From: Sulfurospirillaceae bacterium
Lineage (GTDB): Bacteria > Campylobacterota > Campylobacteria > Campylobacterales > Sulfurospirillaceae
Direction of reading: 5' to 3'
DNA: 64,000 nt
Assembly (NCBI GenBank): GCA_033723415.1
Contig: JAWVXD010000001.1
Location: forward strand, 192,001-256,000
Shown here: positions 10,164 through 20,270 of the stretch, piece after piece
Position numbering within the stretch: position 1 is the stretch's first letter
Layout: the number at the start of each line of letters is the position of its first letter
Translations under genes and position numbers: made by a program
The notes under the pieces: model-generated
Told to the model about the DNA's origin: nothing
The model's input: only the letters and a program-made list of their open reading frames with translations
The model's database searches: none

Positions 10164-12344
10164 TTATAAAGTTTCAATTTCTACTGCTCCTAATACTTCA
10201 AATTTAGCATTTGAGTCTATTTCTGCGTGACTTAGTACAACAACATCTAGGTTAAATTTTTCAAAGATATCGTTTAAAGATTTTCTTAAAAGAGGATCAA
10301 CCACGATTACAACAGGAGCTATGCCTTTTTGCAATACTTTACCGGCTTCATCACTGACAACCTGAACGAGTTTGTTTATTTGCCCTATATTTAGTATAAG
10401 ATCTCTTACTCCATCTCTGTCATGTAATGCATCCAATAGTTTCTGTTCTGTTTGCGCATTAAACGTTAGAAGCTTAATAACACCTTCTTCGTCTTTATAC
10501 AGTTTTGTAATAATCCTTGAAAGTTTTGCTCTTACTTGCTCTACTATTATATCCACATTCCTAGTGATTTCTGCTATATCACTAATCGTTTCCAAAATTG
10601 TTAACATATCCTTTATAGGAATTCGCTCATGTAAAAGTGATTTTAAGACTTTTTGTATCAGACCAATATTTGCAACTTTCAAGCAGTCATCAACTACAAC
10701 TTGGTAATTTTCTTTTGTTTTATCTACAAGTTCTTGAACATCTTGTCTAGTTAATAGTTCTTCAGAGTATTTTTTGATCAGCTCACTAAGATGAGTTGAT
10801 ATAACTGTAGACGGATCTATAGTAGTGTAACCTTTTATTATAGCATCTTCTTTTTTATCTGCATCTATCCAGAGTGCATCTAAGCCAAAAGCAGGTTCTT
10901 TGGTTGGAATTCCTTCTATTTCATCTGCAACCAGACCGCTATCCATAGCTAAAAATTTATCCGGAAATATTTCACCGTTTCCAATTTCTACTCCTTTTAA
11001 GAGCAGTTGATACTGATTAGATTTTAAATGCAAATTATCTCTTATTCTAACCTGTGGAATGATGTACCCATAATCAGTTGCAATCTTCCTTCTCATACTT
11101 TTAATCCTATCCAAAAGGTCTCCGCCTTGGCTAGGATCTGCTAGTTTGATTAGTTGATAACCTAAGTCTAGTTCTAGTATTTCTAACTTCAATATATCAT
11201 TCAGCGCTTTTTCTTCTTCTTCCTTTAACTCTTTTTTAGATTTCTTTGGTACTTCAGAAGAAGCCTTTAGCGAATCATCCTCTTTTTTCTGTTTTATATC
11301 TTTTGCAAACATATTTGCTATAGAAAAACCATCTTCTACAGTTTTTTTCATAATATACCCAAGAGTTAAAAATATGAATCCCACAAGGCTTAATGAGATG
11401 CCGGGAAGGCCTGGGACTAATGCAAACATAACTAATATGAAACCTACGATAAAAAGGGTTTTATAGTCACCAAATAATTGGTCAATTGCTCCTGTTGCAA
11501 AGTTTTTATCATCTTTGTTGGCTCTAGTTATAATAATTCCGGTTGCAGTTGAGCTTATAAGTGCCGGTAATTGAGAGACAAGTCCATCACCAATAGTAAG
11601 GATTGTATAAGTTTTTGCACTTGTAGCAAGATCAAGATTGTACTGAAAAGCACCTATAAGAAAACCGCCTATTATATTTATGATGGTTATGATTATACCG
11701 GCTATTGCATCGCCTTTGACAAACTTGCTCGATCCATCCATCGCCCCGTAAAAGCTTGCTTCTTGAAGTATATCTTCTCTTCTGATTCTTGCTGTTTTTT
11801 CATCTATCAAACCGGCATTTAAATCAGCATCGATTGCCATTTGCTTGCCTGGCATAGCATCTAGTGTAAATCTTGCAGCTACTTCTGCTACTCTGGTTGA
11901 GCCTTTAGTAATGACCATAAAGTTTATCAAAACAAGAATAGAAAATACGATGATTCCAATAACGTAATTACCGCCTACAACAAATTCACCAAAACTTGAG
12001 ATGATCTGGCTTACTGCATCAGGTCCTTTATGACCATTGCTAAGTATCATTCTGGTTGTAGCTATATTTAAAGATAATCTATAGAGAGTGATGATTAAGA
12101 TTAAAGTCGGAAAAGTTGTTAAATCGGTTGGTTTAGGTATATATAACGAAATTAAGATAATAAGAACGGACATTGATAAAGAAATTGTTAAGAAGAAATC
12201 AAGGACAGAACTAGGTAATGGTATGATGATAATCGCCAAAATTGCTATAATAATAACAACCATGGTTAAATCTTTAGCTCTAAGTATTGGTCCTAAAATA
12301 GGACTTAAACTAGTTAAAATCTTGTTTCTATTTTGTTTCAACAA
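10164..12344 (-). CDS. flhA: Flagellar export gate protein FlhA
   Basis: RVAEVAARFTLDAMPGKQMAIDADL and FYGAMDGSSKFVKGDA (FHIPEP). Confidence 0.97.
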   Translation of the reverse strand: MLKQNRNKILTSLSPILGPILRAKDLTMVVIIIAILAIIIIPLPSSVLDFFLTISLSMSVLIILISLYIPKPTDLTTFPTLILIITLYRLSLNIATTRMILSNGHKGPDAVSQIISSFGEFVVGGNYVIGIIVFSILVLINFMVITKGSTRVAEVAARFTLDAMPGKQMAIDADLNAGLIDEKTARIRREDILQEASFYGAMDGSSKFVKGDAIAGIIITIINIIGGFLIGAFQYNLDLATSAKTYTILTIGDGLVSQLPALISSTATGIIITRANKDDKNFATGAIDQLFGDYKTLFIVGFILVMFALVPGLPGISLSLVGFIFLTLGYIMKKTVEDGFSIANMFAKDIKQKKEDDSLKASSEVPKKSKKELKEEEEKALNDILKLEILELDLGYQLIKLADPSQGGDLLDRIKSMRRKIATDYGYIIPQVRIRDNLHLKSNQYQLLLKGVEIGNGEIFPDKFLAMDSGLVADEIEGIPTKEPAFGLDALWIDADKKEDAIIKGYTTIDPSTVISTHLSELIKKYSEELLTRQDVQELVDKTKENYQVVVDDCLKVANIGLIQKVLKSLLHERIPIKDMLTILETISDIAEITRNVDIIVEQVRAKLSRIITKLYKDEEGVIKLLTFNAQTEQKLLDALHDRDGVRDLILNIGQINKLVQVVSDEAGKVLQKGIAPVVIVVDPLLRKSLNDIFEKFNLDVVVLSHAEIDSNAKFEVLGAVEIETL

Positions 12345-12350
12345 TCACCT

Positions 12351-12755
12351 TTAGTTTTCTATTATGTCTTTTAAAGTCAAATCATCTAGAAAAAGATCAA
12401 TTTTATTTTGCAATCTTGACAAGACAGGCAAAATTTTACAAAATTCTTCTTTACCGCTGGGACATTTAGATTCAGGAGTTGAACACTCGAAAACTTTTGT
12501 AGGTCTCTTTTCAGCTGACTCAATAATCGTTTTTAATGTTAAATTTTCTGGCCCTGAAGCCAATAAAAATCCACCCTTTGTCCCTTTAAAAGATTTTAAA
12601 ATTCCATTTTTTGCTAACGATTGTAATATTTTAGCTAAAAAACTTTTAGAAATTGCAAGCTCGGTTGATAATGTTTCTACATCCTGTGGTGAATTTTTCC
12701 TCGCAATTATTATTAAAGATAATAATGCATATTCACTGGCCTTTGTTAATAGCAT
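12351..12755 (-). CDS. Rrf2 family transcriptional regulator
   Basis: SEYAL, FLAKILQSL and SFKGTKGGF wHTH; three C-terminal Cys (possible Fe-S ligands). Confidence 0.9.
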   Translation of the reverse strand: MLLTKASEYALLSLIIIARKNSPQDVETLSTELAISKSFLAKILQSLAKNGILKSFKGTKGGFLLASGPENLTLKTIIESAEKRPTKVFECSTPESKCPSGKEEFCKILPVLSRLQNKIDLFLDDLTLKDIIEN

Positions 12756-12913
12756 ATGATAAACCTTTCTTTTAATTAAGACTAATATTGTACTAAATAT
12801 AAACTAGATTTTACTTTAAGAAAACAATATCAAATATAGTAGTGAATTTTTTTTTAGTTAATTCAAATAAATTTAGAGGATTATGAGAAAATAGTGACTT
12901 TTCTTATTTTTTC

Positions 12914-12922
12914 TGCTATAAT
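12914..12922 (+). promoter_or_regulatory. Extended -10 promoter for rpsO
   Basis: TGcTATAAT about 55 nt upstream of the rpsO start. Confidence 0.65.
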
Positions 12923-12976
12923 TTCTGGCTTAAAAAAATTGAGCAAAAACTCAAAATACCAATCAAGGAGGTCGTA

Positions 12977-13249
12977 ATGGCTTTAGGTTCGGCGGAAAAA
13001 TTAGAAATCGTCAGTAAATTCGGAAGAAAAGAGGGTGACACAGGTTCACCAGAGGTGCAAATAGCTATACTGTCAAAAAGAATATTGGATTTGACAGAAC
13101 ATTTGAAAATCAATAAAAAAGATCATTCATCAAGACTAGGTCTTTTAAAATTGGTAGGACAAAGAAAAAGACTTATGAGATACCTCAAAAAAACTAATTT
13201 TAGTAGATACACTGAGATTCTAAAAGAATTGTCAATAAGAGACAAATAG
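12977..13249 (+). CDS. rpsO: 30S ribosomal protein S15
   Basis: [12 protein letters not shown] and [29 protein letters not shown]. Confidence 0.98.
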   Translation: MALGSAEKLEIVSKFGRKEGDTGSPEVQIAILSKRILDLTEHLKINKKDHSSRLGLLKLVGQRKRLMRYLKKTNFSRYTEILKELSIRDK

Positions 13250-13253
13250 CATT

Positions 13254-13281
13254 TTGGGCCTATTTCTATTAATAGGCTCAA
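13254..13281 (+). terminator. Stem-loop after rpsO (probable intrinsic terminator)
   Basis: TTGGGCCTATT-tctatt-AATAGGCTCAA, 11-bp stem with one G-U pair; weak U tract. Confidence 0.55.
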
Positions 13282-13500
13282 TACTCCTTATTTTAATTTA
13301 CTCATTAAAAATTTCAAACACATTAATCGTACATCATTCCGTATAAAATATATTAAAAAGTATGTAATTTAGTAATAAATTACATAAAATACACATTAAA
13401 TTTTATATAAATACACAAAAATGAGATATTTTAGATACAATAAGTTATATTTTACATACATTTAGGTGTAATTAATTTTGTCTTAGTTAGAATTGTAACT

Positions 13501-13752
13501 ATGAAAACTAATGATATTTTTAATCTCCTTCATAATGCTGTAGAATCAAAATTTCTGGGAAAAAAGATCAGTCAAAGAGAAATGGCTGAGCGACTAGGAG
13601 TTTCTATGAGAACTTATCAAGATTGGAGACTAGGAAATTCTCAACCTCAAGCTGCAACGGCAATATTTAAAATGCTTGGTGAGCTTGATGATGATGAAAT
13701 TTTGAGAATAACAAAACGTATCCGAACCGGTCTAAAAGAGGAGAATACATGA
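13501..13752 (+). CDS. XRE-like helix-turn-helix protein
   Basis: ISQREMAERLGVSMRTYQDWRLG HTH; no SD, with TAGAAT 7 nt before the ATG (possibly leaderless). Confidence 0.85.
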   Translation: MKTNDIFNLLHNAVESKFLGKKISQREMAERLGVSMRTYQDWRLGNSQPQAATAIFKMLGELDDDEILRITKRIRTGLKEENT

Positions 13753-13913
13753 GCACGTTATCAAAAAAGGAAAAGCAAGCTTTAAATGAATTGTTCCTTT
13801 CATTAGGGGAGCGCAAGAATTTTTTTGATAAATTCAAAAGATTTGTAAATGAATTTATATTACTCGTAAAATATAAATTGAAAAGCAAAAAAGCAAAAAA
13901 TCCTTTCCTATAA
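13749..13913 (+). CDS. Small 54-aa basic protein not in the ORF track
   Basis: GAGGAG SD; ATGA overlap with the HTH gene stop; MSTLSKKEKQALNELFLSLGERKNFFDKFKRFVNEFILLVKYKLKSKKAKNPFL*. Confidence 0.6.
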   Translation: MSTLSKKEKQALNELFLSLGERKNFFDKFKRFVNEFILLVKYKLKSKKAKNPFL

Positions 13914-14013
13914 AATCTACTATTTATATTATAAACCTTTTCCAAATTCCCTAAATTCAACATATTACTACTATCTTTCACTGATATTCATCCGTCGATA
14001 TCATAATTATAAA

Positions 14014-14049
14014 ATATGACTAAAGAAAGTTTAGTCATATAGACTAAAG
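14014..14049. promoter_or_regulatory. HAIR-like (HspR) operator upstream of hrcA
   Basis: GTTTAGT-N7-ACTAAAG at 14029-14049 versus HAIR CTTGAGT-N7-ACTCAAG; overlapping 11-bp IR ATATGACTAAA/TTTAGTCATAT. Confidence 0.65.
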
Positions 14050-14057
14050 AAATATAC

Positions 14058-14087
14058 TTGACAAAATAACACTCAATGTTGTATAAT
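14058..14087 (+). promoter_or_regulatory. Housekeeping-sigma promoter of hrcA-grpE-dnaK
   Basis: TTGACA-N18-TATAAT; a second TGcTATAAT lies at 14133-14141. Confidence 0.7.
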
Positions 14088-14091
14088 TACA

Positions 14092-14118
14092 TCAGCAATT
14101 GAATGTTGAGAGTGACAA
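14092..14118. promoter_or_regulatory. CIRCE-like (HrcA) operator
   Basis: TCAGCAATT-N9-GAGTGACAA versus TTAGCACTC-N9-GAGTGCTAA (13/18), over the predicted +1. Confidence 0.55.
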
Positions 14119-14188
14119 GAGTAGTAAAATTTTGCTATAATCATAAAATATAAGAAATTTTAGATTAGCAAAAAAAAGGATAATAATC

Positions 14189-14983
14189 ATGAAAGTATCC
14201 AAAAGAGATTTAATTTTAGAGTCTATTATAAAAGAATATATAAAATCTAAAACTCCTATTGGTTCAAGTGAATTAAAAGGCAGAATGACTCTGGATATAT
14301 CACCATCAACGATTAGAATATATTTTAAGCAGCTATCTGAAGAAGGAGCATTAATCCAGCTTCATGTAAGTAGCGGTAGAATTCCAACGCAAAGTGCTTT
14401 AAGAGAATATTGGTTAAATAAAATAAATCCGGAAGTACCTATTGCTATCGAAGATATTGAAAAAATGCAAAATTCAATTCGTGATTATGGATTATATTGC
14501 ATAGTTAAAAAAAATAAAAATTCTACATTTAGCGAATTGATGCGGGTTAGTGATAGATTTTTAATTTTAGTTTTTGATGAAGATGAGATCGTTTTAAAAT
14601 ATCATCCAAAAATAGAGAAATTTTTAAATAGTTTTATCGGTTGTAGTATGCAGGATTTAAAAAAAATATCTGCAGCTGTCGGACTTTATGAGCTGAGAAA
14701 TAAACTAGAACAGATTTTTTTGCAAACATCAATCTTAAAAGAAGGAAAAGATGAATTGTATAAGATCGCTCAAGAATTAGATAATGAAGAATTTATTGAA
14801 AAGATTGTCGAACCTGGATTCCTGGATTCATTAAATGTAGGTATGTATTTTGATGATTTTGTGCCAAATGGCTGCATGGCCGTTAAGCATAATGCCAACA
14901 TGAAGGATGATGACTTGCAAATGTTTTGCCTAGGAAAGCTAGACAGCGATTTTGAAAGTTTCTTTAAAAATGCAAAGGAGTAA
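14189..14983 (+). CDS. hrcA: Heat-inducible transcription repressor HrcA
   Basis: PIGSS, SPSTIR and HVSSGRIPT wHTH; upstream of grpE-dnaK. Confidence 0.92.
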   Translation: MKVSKRDLILESIIKEYIKSKTPIGSSELKGRMTLDISPSTIRIYFKQLSEEGALIQLHVSSGRIPTQSALREYWLNKINPEVPIAIEDIEKMQNSIRDYGLYCIVKKNKNSTFSELMRVSDRFLILVFDEDEIVLKYHPKIEKFLNSFIGCSMQDLKKISAAVGLYELRNKLEQIFLQTSILKEGKDELYKIAQELDNEEFIEKIVEPGFLDSLNVGMYFDDFVPNGCMAVKHNANMKDDDLQMFCLGKLDSDFESFFKNAKE

Positions 14984-14985
14984 AT

Positions 14986-15531
14986 ATGGATAATGAAGAA
15001 AACAAACAAGAAGAAATAACTCAAAACGATGAAGAGATTGAGACAACAAATGACTCTGAAGAAGTGGTGTCTGAAGTTGAAAATCTGGAAAACAAGATTA
15101 AAGAGTTAGAAGATAAGTACTTAAGAGCCAATGCGGATTTTAATAATATTAAAAAAAGAATGGAAAAAGAAAAAATGATGGCTATAGCTTATGCTCATGA
15201 GACATTTGCTAGAGATTTATTGCCTATCATTGATGCTTTGGAAATGGCTAAGGATGCAAGTGAAGTTGAGAAAGATCAAGACACTGGAGAGCTATTTAAT
15301 AAAATTAAGGAGGGAATAAATTTAACCATAGAGCAATTTAGAAAGACATTTGAAAAACATGGAATAGAATTGGTTGATATGGGAGGAGAATTTAATCCTA
15401 ATTTTCATGAAGCAGTCATGCAGATTGAGAGCGAAGAAAAACAATCTGGAGAAATCTTAGAGGTGTTTCAAAAGGGATATAAGATAAAAGATAGAGTTTT
15501 AAGACCAGCTATGGTGAGTATAGCAAAATAA
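14986..15531 (+). CDS. grpE: Nucleotide exchange factor GrpE
   Basis: YLRANADFNN, FNPNFHEAV and QKGYKIKDRVLRPAMV. Confidence 0.97.
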   Translation: MDNEENKQEEITQNDEEIETTNDSEEVVSEVENLENKIKELEDKYLRANADFNNIKKRMEKEKMMAIAYAHETFARDLLPIIDALEMAKDASEVEKDQDTGELFNKIKEGINLTIEQFRKTFEKHGIELVDMGGEFNPNFHEAVMQIESEEKQSGEILEVFQKGYKIKDRVLRPAMVSIAK

Positions 15532-15647
15532 AGAAAGCAAAGAAAAATTAAAAAGTTTAGGCGAAAAGTCTTAGCTTTAAGTGATATAAATTTAGTTTTA
15601 ATAGCTTCAAGCTAAAAATATTAAATAAAAACTTGAAAGGATTAGAA

Positions 15648-17537
15648 ATGGGAAAAGTTATAGGAATAGATTTAGGAACAACAAATTCATGTGTTGCAGT
15701 TTTTGAACATGGAGATAGTAAAGTTATACCAAATAAAGAAGGAAAAAATACTACACCTTCAATAGTGGCATTTACTAGTAAAGATGAAGTTTTAGTTGGA
15801 GATACTGCTAAAAGACAGGCCGTGACAAATCCAAAAAGAACGATTTATTCAATCAAAAGAATTATGGGCTTGATGTGTGACGAAGATAAAGCACAAGAAG
15901 CCAAAAAAAGACTACCGTATGAAATTGTTGACAGAAACGGTGCATGTGCTATAGAAGTAGATGGTAAAGTGTATACTCCACAAGAGATAAGTGCCAAGGT
16001 TTTGATGAAGTTAAAAGAGGATGCTGAGGCGTATTTTGGAGAAGAAGTGACAGATGCGGTTATAACGGTGCCGGCATATTTTAATGATTCACAAAGAAAA
16101 GCTACACAAGAAGCCGGAACAATTGCTGGATTAAATGTTCTTAGAATTATAAATGAGCCTACTAGTGCGGCTTTGTCATATGGTTTAGAGAAAAAAGAAG
16201 CAGAAAAAATCGTAGTTTATGATCTTGGTGGTGGTACATTTGACGTAACTGTTCTAGAAACCGGTGATAGTGTCGTAGAAGTTTTATCAACTGGCGGAGA
16301 CGCATTTTTGGGTGGAGATGATTTTGATAACAAATTGATTGACTTTCTTGCAAATGAGTTTAAAAATGAGAATGGCATAGATCTTAAAAACGACGTTATG
16401 GCATTACAAAGATTAAAAGAAGCAGCGGAAAATGCGAAAAAAGAGTTGTCAAGCTCTACTGAGACAGAAGTAAACCTACCTTTTATTACTGCAGATGCTT
16501 CAGGACCAAAGCACTTGGTAAAGAAAGTTACAAGAGCAAAATTTGAGTCTATGATAGAAGATTTAGTGGATGAAACAATCACAAAAATCAAAGAAGTTGT
16601 AAAAGACTCAGGCTTAGATAAGAATGAAATCAAGGAAATCGTATTGGTAGGTGGAAGTACTAGAGTTCCTCTTGTACAAGAAAAAGTAAAAGCATTTTTC
16701 GGTAAAGATTTAAATAAATCTGTAAATCCTGATGAAGTAGTTGCAATTGGTGCTGCTATTCAAGGTGCCGTAATTAGAGGAGATGTAAAAGATGTTCTTT
16801 TACTTGATGTAACCCCATTAAGCCTAGGGATTGAAACATTGGGTGGAGTTATGACAAAGCTTATAGAAAAAGGAACAACAATTCCTGTTAAAAAAGCTCA
16901 AGTATTTTCAACAGCTGAAGATAACCAATCTGCTGTTACAATTCATGCTTTACAAGGAGAGAGAGAATTTGCAAAAGATAACAAATCTTTGGGTCAATTT
17001 AACCTAGAACACATTTCTCCAGCACCTAGAGGCGTACCTCAGATTGAAGTTTCATTTGATATAGATGCAAACGGTATCTTGACTGTAAGTGCAACTGACA
17101 AAGCTACAGGAAAAGCACAAGAGATTAAGATTACAGGAAGCAGCGGACTGGATGAAAAAGAGATAGACAAAATGGTAAAAGATGCAGAACTTCATAAAGA
17201 AGAAGATGCAAAAAGAAAATCAGCAGTTGAAGCAAGAAATCAAGCAGATGCGCTAGCTCATCAAACTGAGAAATCTTTAGGTGAGATGGGTGATTCAGTT
17301 GATGCCGCTGAAAAAGCAAAAATAGAATCTGCTTTAAAAGAACTAAAAGATGTTTTAGCTAATGATTCTGCTACTAAAGAACAAATTGACGAAAAAGTAA
17401 AAGCTTTGACGGAAGTCAGTCACAAATTAGCAGAAGCTATGTACAAGAAAGATGAAGCGTCAAAAGCCGGTGGTGAAAAAGAAGCTGGAAAAAAAGATAA
17501 AAATGATGAAGATGTAATTGACGCAGAAGTCGAATAA
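15648..17537 (+). CDS. dnaK: Chaperone DnaK (Hsp70)
   Basis: [27 protein letters not shown]-terminal IDAEVE; start MGKVIG at 15648. Confidence 0.98.
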   Translation: MGKVIGIDLGTTNSCVAVFEHGDSKVIPNKEGKNTTPSIVAFTSKDEVLVGDTAKRQAVTNPKRTIYSIKRIMGLMCDEDKAQEAKKRLPYEIVDRNGACAIEVDGKVYTPQEISAKVLMKLKEDAEAYFGEEVTDAVITVPAYFNDSQRKATQEAGTIAGLNVLRIINEPTSAALSYGLEKKEAEKIVVYDLGGGTFDVTVLETGDSVVEVLSTGGDAFLGGDDFDNKLIDFLANEFKNENGIDLKNDVMALQRLKEAAENAKKELSSSTETEVNLPFITADASGPKHLVKKVTRAKFESMIEDLVDETITKIKEVVKDSGLDKNEIKEIVLVGGSTRVPLVQEKVKAFFGKDLNKSVNPDEVVAIGAAIQGAVIRGDVKDVLLLDVTPLSLGIETLGGVMTKLIEKGTTIPVKKAQVFSTAEDNQSAVTIHALQGEREFAKDNKSLGQFNLEHISPAPRGVPQIEVSFDIDANGILTVSATDKATGKAQEIKITGSSGLDEKEIDKMVKDAELHKEEDAKRKSAVEARNQADALAHQTEKSLGEMGDSVDAAEKAKIESALKELKDVLANDSATKEQIDEKVKALTEVSHKLAEAMYKKDEASKAGGEKEAGKKDKNDEDVIDAEVE

Positions 17538-17541
17538 AATA

Positions 17542-17569
17542 TTTGAGCTGGTCTAATGGCCAGCTCAAA
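17542..17569. terminator. Stem-loop after dnaK
   Basis: TTTGAGCTGG-N8-CCAGCTCAAA perfect 10-bp stem; followed by an A tract rather than a U tract on +. Confidence 0.5.
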
Positions 17570-17588
17570 AAACTTAGGATAAAAAATA

Positions 17589-18068
17589 ATGGATAATGTT
17601 TCTTTTGAAAAAAATAAACTTACTATGTCAATCTTGATGATGCCTGATAAGGCAAATTTCTCAGGCAATGTACATGGCGGAGATTTATTAAAATATTTAG
17701 ACCAAGTTGCTTATGCATGCGCTGCTAGATATTGTGGAGAACGAATTGTAACACTGAGCGTAGATAGTGTTGTCTTTAAGCATCCAATACCTGTCGGGAC
17801 GCTAGTTACATTTTTGGCAAGCGTGAATTATACCGGTAGAACATCTATGGAAGTAGGTATAAAAGTAGTGGCTGAAGATATTCAGCAAGGAATTGTTACA
17901 GATACAAATAGTTGTTTTTTCACTATGGTTGCTGTTGATAAAAACGGCAGACCTACTCCTGTGCCAATGCTTGTTCCAAAGACTGATATAGAAAAAAGAC
18001 GATTTCATGATGGTGAAATACGAAGAAGAATACGATTAAATGGGTTTAGCGACATAAAATCAAATTAA
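17589..18068 (+). CDS. Acyl-CoA thioesterase (hotdog fold, YciA-like)
   Basis: ANFSGNVHGG, TGRTSMEVG and FTMVAVD motifs. Confidence 0.9.
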   Translation: MDNVSFEKNKLTMSILMMPDKANFSGNVHGGDLLKYLDQVAYACAARYCGERIVTLSVDSVVFKHPIPVGTLVTFLASVNYTGRTSMEVGIKVVAEDIQQGIVTDTNSCFFTMVAVDKNGRPTPVPMLVPKTDIEKRRFHDGEIRRRIRLNGFSDIKSN

Positions 18069-18131
18069 GTGTTTATGTAATATTTATATTATTTTGTTAA
18101 AATATCGGAATTTATTCTTAAGGCAAAATAT

Positions 18132-19922
18132 ATGAAATATTTTTCAAGGTTACTTTTAATTTTCCTAATATCTGTAGTGTCTTTATCGGCTATTACTCAA
18201 AGGAAAATACTTTCTCCTGATGAAGCTTTTATCGTCACAGCTCATCGCAATGCAGATAATATTTTAGTAAATTTAAAATTAGGTGAAGATATTTACATTT
18301 ATGCCGATAAACTGAAATTTGATATCACTAAACCTCTAAATGTGTCCATTGACAAAGAGCTTACCAAACCAAAACCTATAAAGCATCAAGAATTTTTAGT
18401 TTTTGAAAAAAATGTCAATATAAATATACCACTTTCAGTAATCAAAAAACATGTTAGTTCAGGAAATTTTACGCTTCAGGTATCTTATCAGGGTTGCTCA
18501 TCACAAGGTGTTTGCTATCAACCTCTTAGTAAAACTTTTTCATTTAATCTAGCTAGCGGAAATACAAATATAAAAAAACAAGATACAACTCAAAGTAGCA
18601 CTGCAAAGGCAAATATTTCAGAAGAGGGTAAGATAGCGCAAAGCTTTTCTAAGAAGAGTATATGGCTTGTTCTAATAACTTTCTTTGGTTTTGGTCTTTT
18701 GCTCTCGCTCACTCCCTGTGTTTTTCCAATGATACCGATATTGTCTTCTGTAATTGTTTCTCAATCCTCGAAAAGCATGAACACCAAAAAAGCATTTTTC
18801 CTTTCTTTGATATATGTTTTGGCTATGTCTGTTGCATATACTATTGCAGGAATACTTGCTGGATTGTTTGGAGCCAATATACAAGTAGCTCTTCAAAATC
18901 CATGGGTAATATCAATTTTTAGTTTGATCTTTGTGCTTCTGTCTTTTTCTATGTTTGGTTTTTATGAACTGCAAATGCCAAGTTTTATTCAATCAAAACT
19001 ATCAAAAAACAGTGAAAACTCTAGTAAAGGCGGGTTGATAGGTGTTGCAATTATGGGATTTTTATCTGCTCTCATCGTAGGACCTTGTGTTGCCGCACCA
19101 CTTGCCGGAGCTCTTGTTTATATAGGGCAAAGTGGAGATGCCTTGCTCGGCGGTCTAGCGTTGTTTGTTATGAGTTTAGGCATGGGAGTTCCTCTCCTGA
19201 TCGTAGGTGCCGGAGCAGGTAGATTTATGCCTCGCCCGGGTATCTGGATGGATACAATAAAATCAATCTTTGGCGTATTGATGTTGGGTGTTGCTATTTG
19301 GATGATCTCTCGTATTGTCCCTCCGGTATTTACTATGCTTTTATGGATGCTGTTGTTGCTTATATCTTCTGTATATATGGGAGCTTTAGAACCTTTAAAA
19401 GAAAATTGCAGTGGTTGGAAAAAGCTTTTCAAGGGATTAGGTATAGTATTATTTATATATTCTGTAATGTTATTTGTAGGTGCAATGAAAGGATCAGTAA
19501 ATCCACTGGAACCATTATATCAATCAAGTGCTATCATACAACAATCAAACAGTAATACTTCTGCTGAGTCAGCATTTAAAAGGATTAAAACCTTAGATGA
19601 ATTAAATACTGAAATAAAAAACTCCAAGAAACCTGTTTTTATAGATTTTTATGCTGATTGGTGTGTAAGTTGCAAGGAATTTCAGCAATATACGTTTAGT
19701 AATGAAGCAGTAAAAGAAAAAATGAAAAAATTTAACCTAGTTCAGATCGATGTAACAAAAAATACTGCTGATGACAAGGAGATTTTAAGAAGATTTAATA
19801 TTTTTGGACCTCCTGCAATAGTGTTTTTCAAAGACAACAAAGAACTAAAGTCTTATAAAGTTGTCGGCTTTAAAGATGCAAAATATTTTGCTACACATTT
19901 GGATAGAGTTTTAAGTGAATGA
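18132..19922 (+). CDS. dsbD: Protein-disulfide reductase DsbD
   Basis: QGCS..GVCY alpha domain, TPCVFPM/GPC TM domain, WCVSC thioredoxin domain. Confidence 0.95.
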   Translation: MKYFSRLLLIFLISVVSLSAITQRKILSPDEAFIVTAHRNADNILVNLKLGEDIYIYADKLKFDITKPLNVSIDKELTKPKPIKHQEFLVFEKNVNINIPLSVIKKHVSSGNFTLQVSYQGCSSQGVCYQPLSKTFSFNLASGNTNIKKQDTTQSSTAKANISEEGKIAQSFSKKSIWLVLITFFGFGLLLSLTPCVFPMIPILSSVIVSQSSKSMNTKKAFFLSLIYVLAMSVAYTIAGILAGLFGANIQVALQNPWVISIFSLIFVLLSFSMFGFYELQMPSFIQSKLSKNSENSSKGGLIGVAIMGFLSALIVGPCVAAPLAGALVYIGQSGDALLGGLALFVMSLGMGVPLLIVGAGAGRFMPRPGIWMDTIKSIFGVLMLGVAIWMISRIVPPVFTMLLWMLLLLISSVYMGALEPLKENCSGWKKLFKGLGIVLFIYSVMLFVGAMKGSVNPLEPLYQSSAIIQQSNSNTSAESAFKRIKTLDELNTEIKNSKKPVFIDFYADWCVSCKEFQQYTFSNEAVKEKMKKFNLVQIDVTKNTADDKEILRRFNIFGPPAIVFFKDNKELKSYKVVGFKDAKYFATHLDRVLSE

Positions 19923-20209
19923 AAGTAGCATTAGTCGTTGATGTAGAAAATCTAAAAGACAAAGAAGTATTTGAAAAACATCTTTTTAAAGAAGGTTTTT
20001 TCCCTGTCGAAAATGAAAGTTTTGCATATATAGGAGAAGCTACATCTCATATATTTAATACAAGAACATATATACTTGAAGTCGTATCAAAAGGCTTAGA
20101 AAATACACCATTTGATAGATGTAAAATAATTTTCGAAATTGGTGATAATCCAATGGAGATATATATTTTTGATAAAAAGATAAAAGAGTTCATAGAGTTC
20201 AAATCTTAA
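19919..20209 (+). CDS. Hypothetical protein
   Basis: 96-aa ORF coupled (ATGA overlap) to dsbD. Confidence 0.65.
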   Translation: MKVALVVDVENLKDKEVFEKHLFKEGFFPVENESFAYIGEATSHIFNTRTYILEVVSKGLENTPFDRCKIIFEIGDNPMEIYIFDKKIKEFIEFKS

Positions 20210-20210
20210 A

Positions 20211-20226
20211 TGGAACTTTTTTTGCT
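20211..20226 (+). promoter_or_regulatory. Sigma-54 promoter of flgH
   Basis: TGGAACTTTTTTTGCT: GG-N10-GC, Campylobacter-type -24/-12. Confidence 0.8.
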
Positions 20227-20270
20227 TCTATAGAGTTTTAACACACAATAATTTATATATAAGGTAAAAG

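Noticed and set aside
15570..15620. TAGCTT-c-AAGCTA and other short IRs between grpE and dnaK
   Set aside because: Short and AT-rich; no clear HAIR/CIRCE match or terminator U tract.
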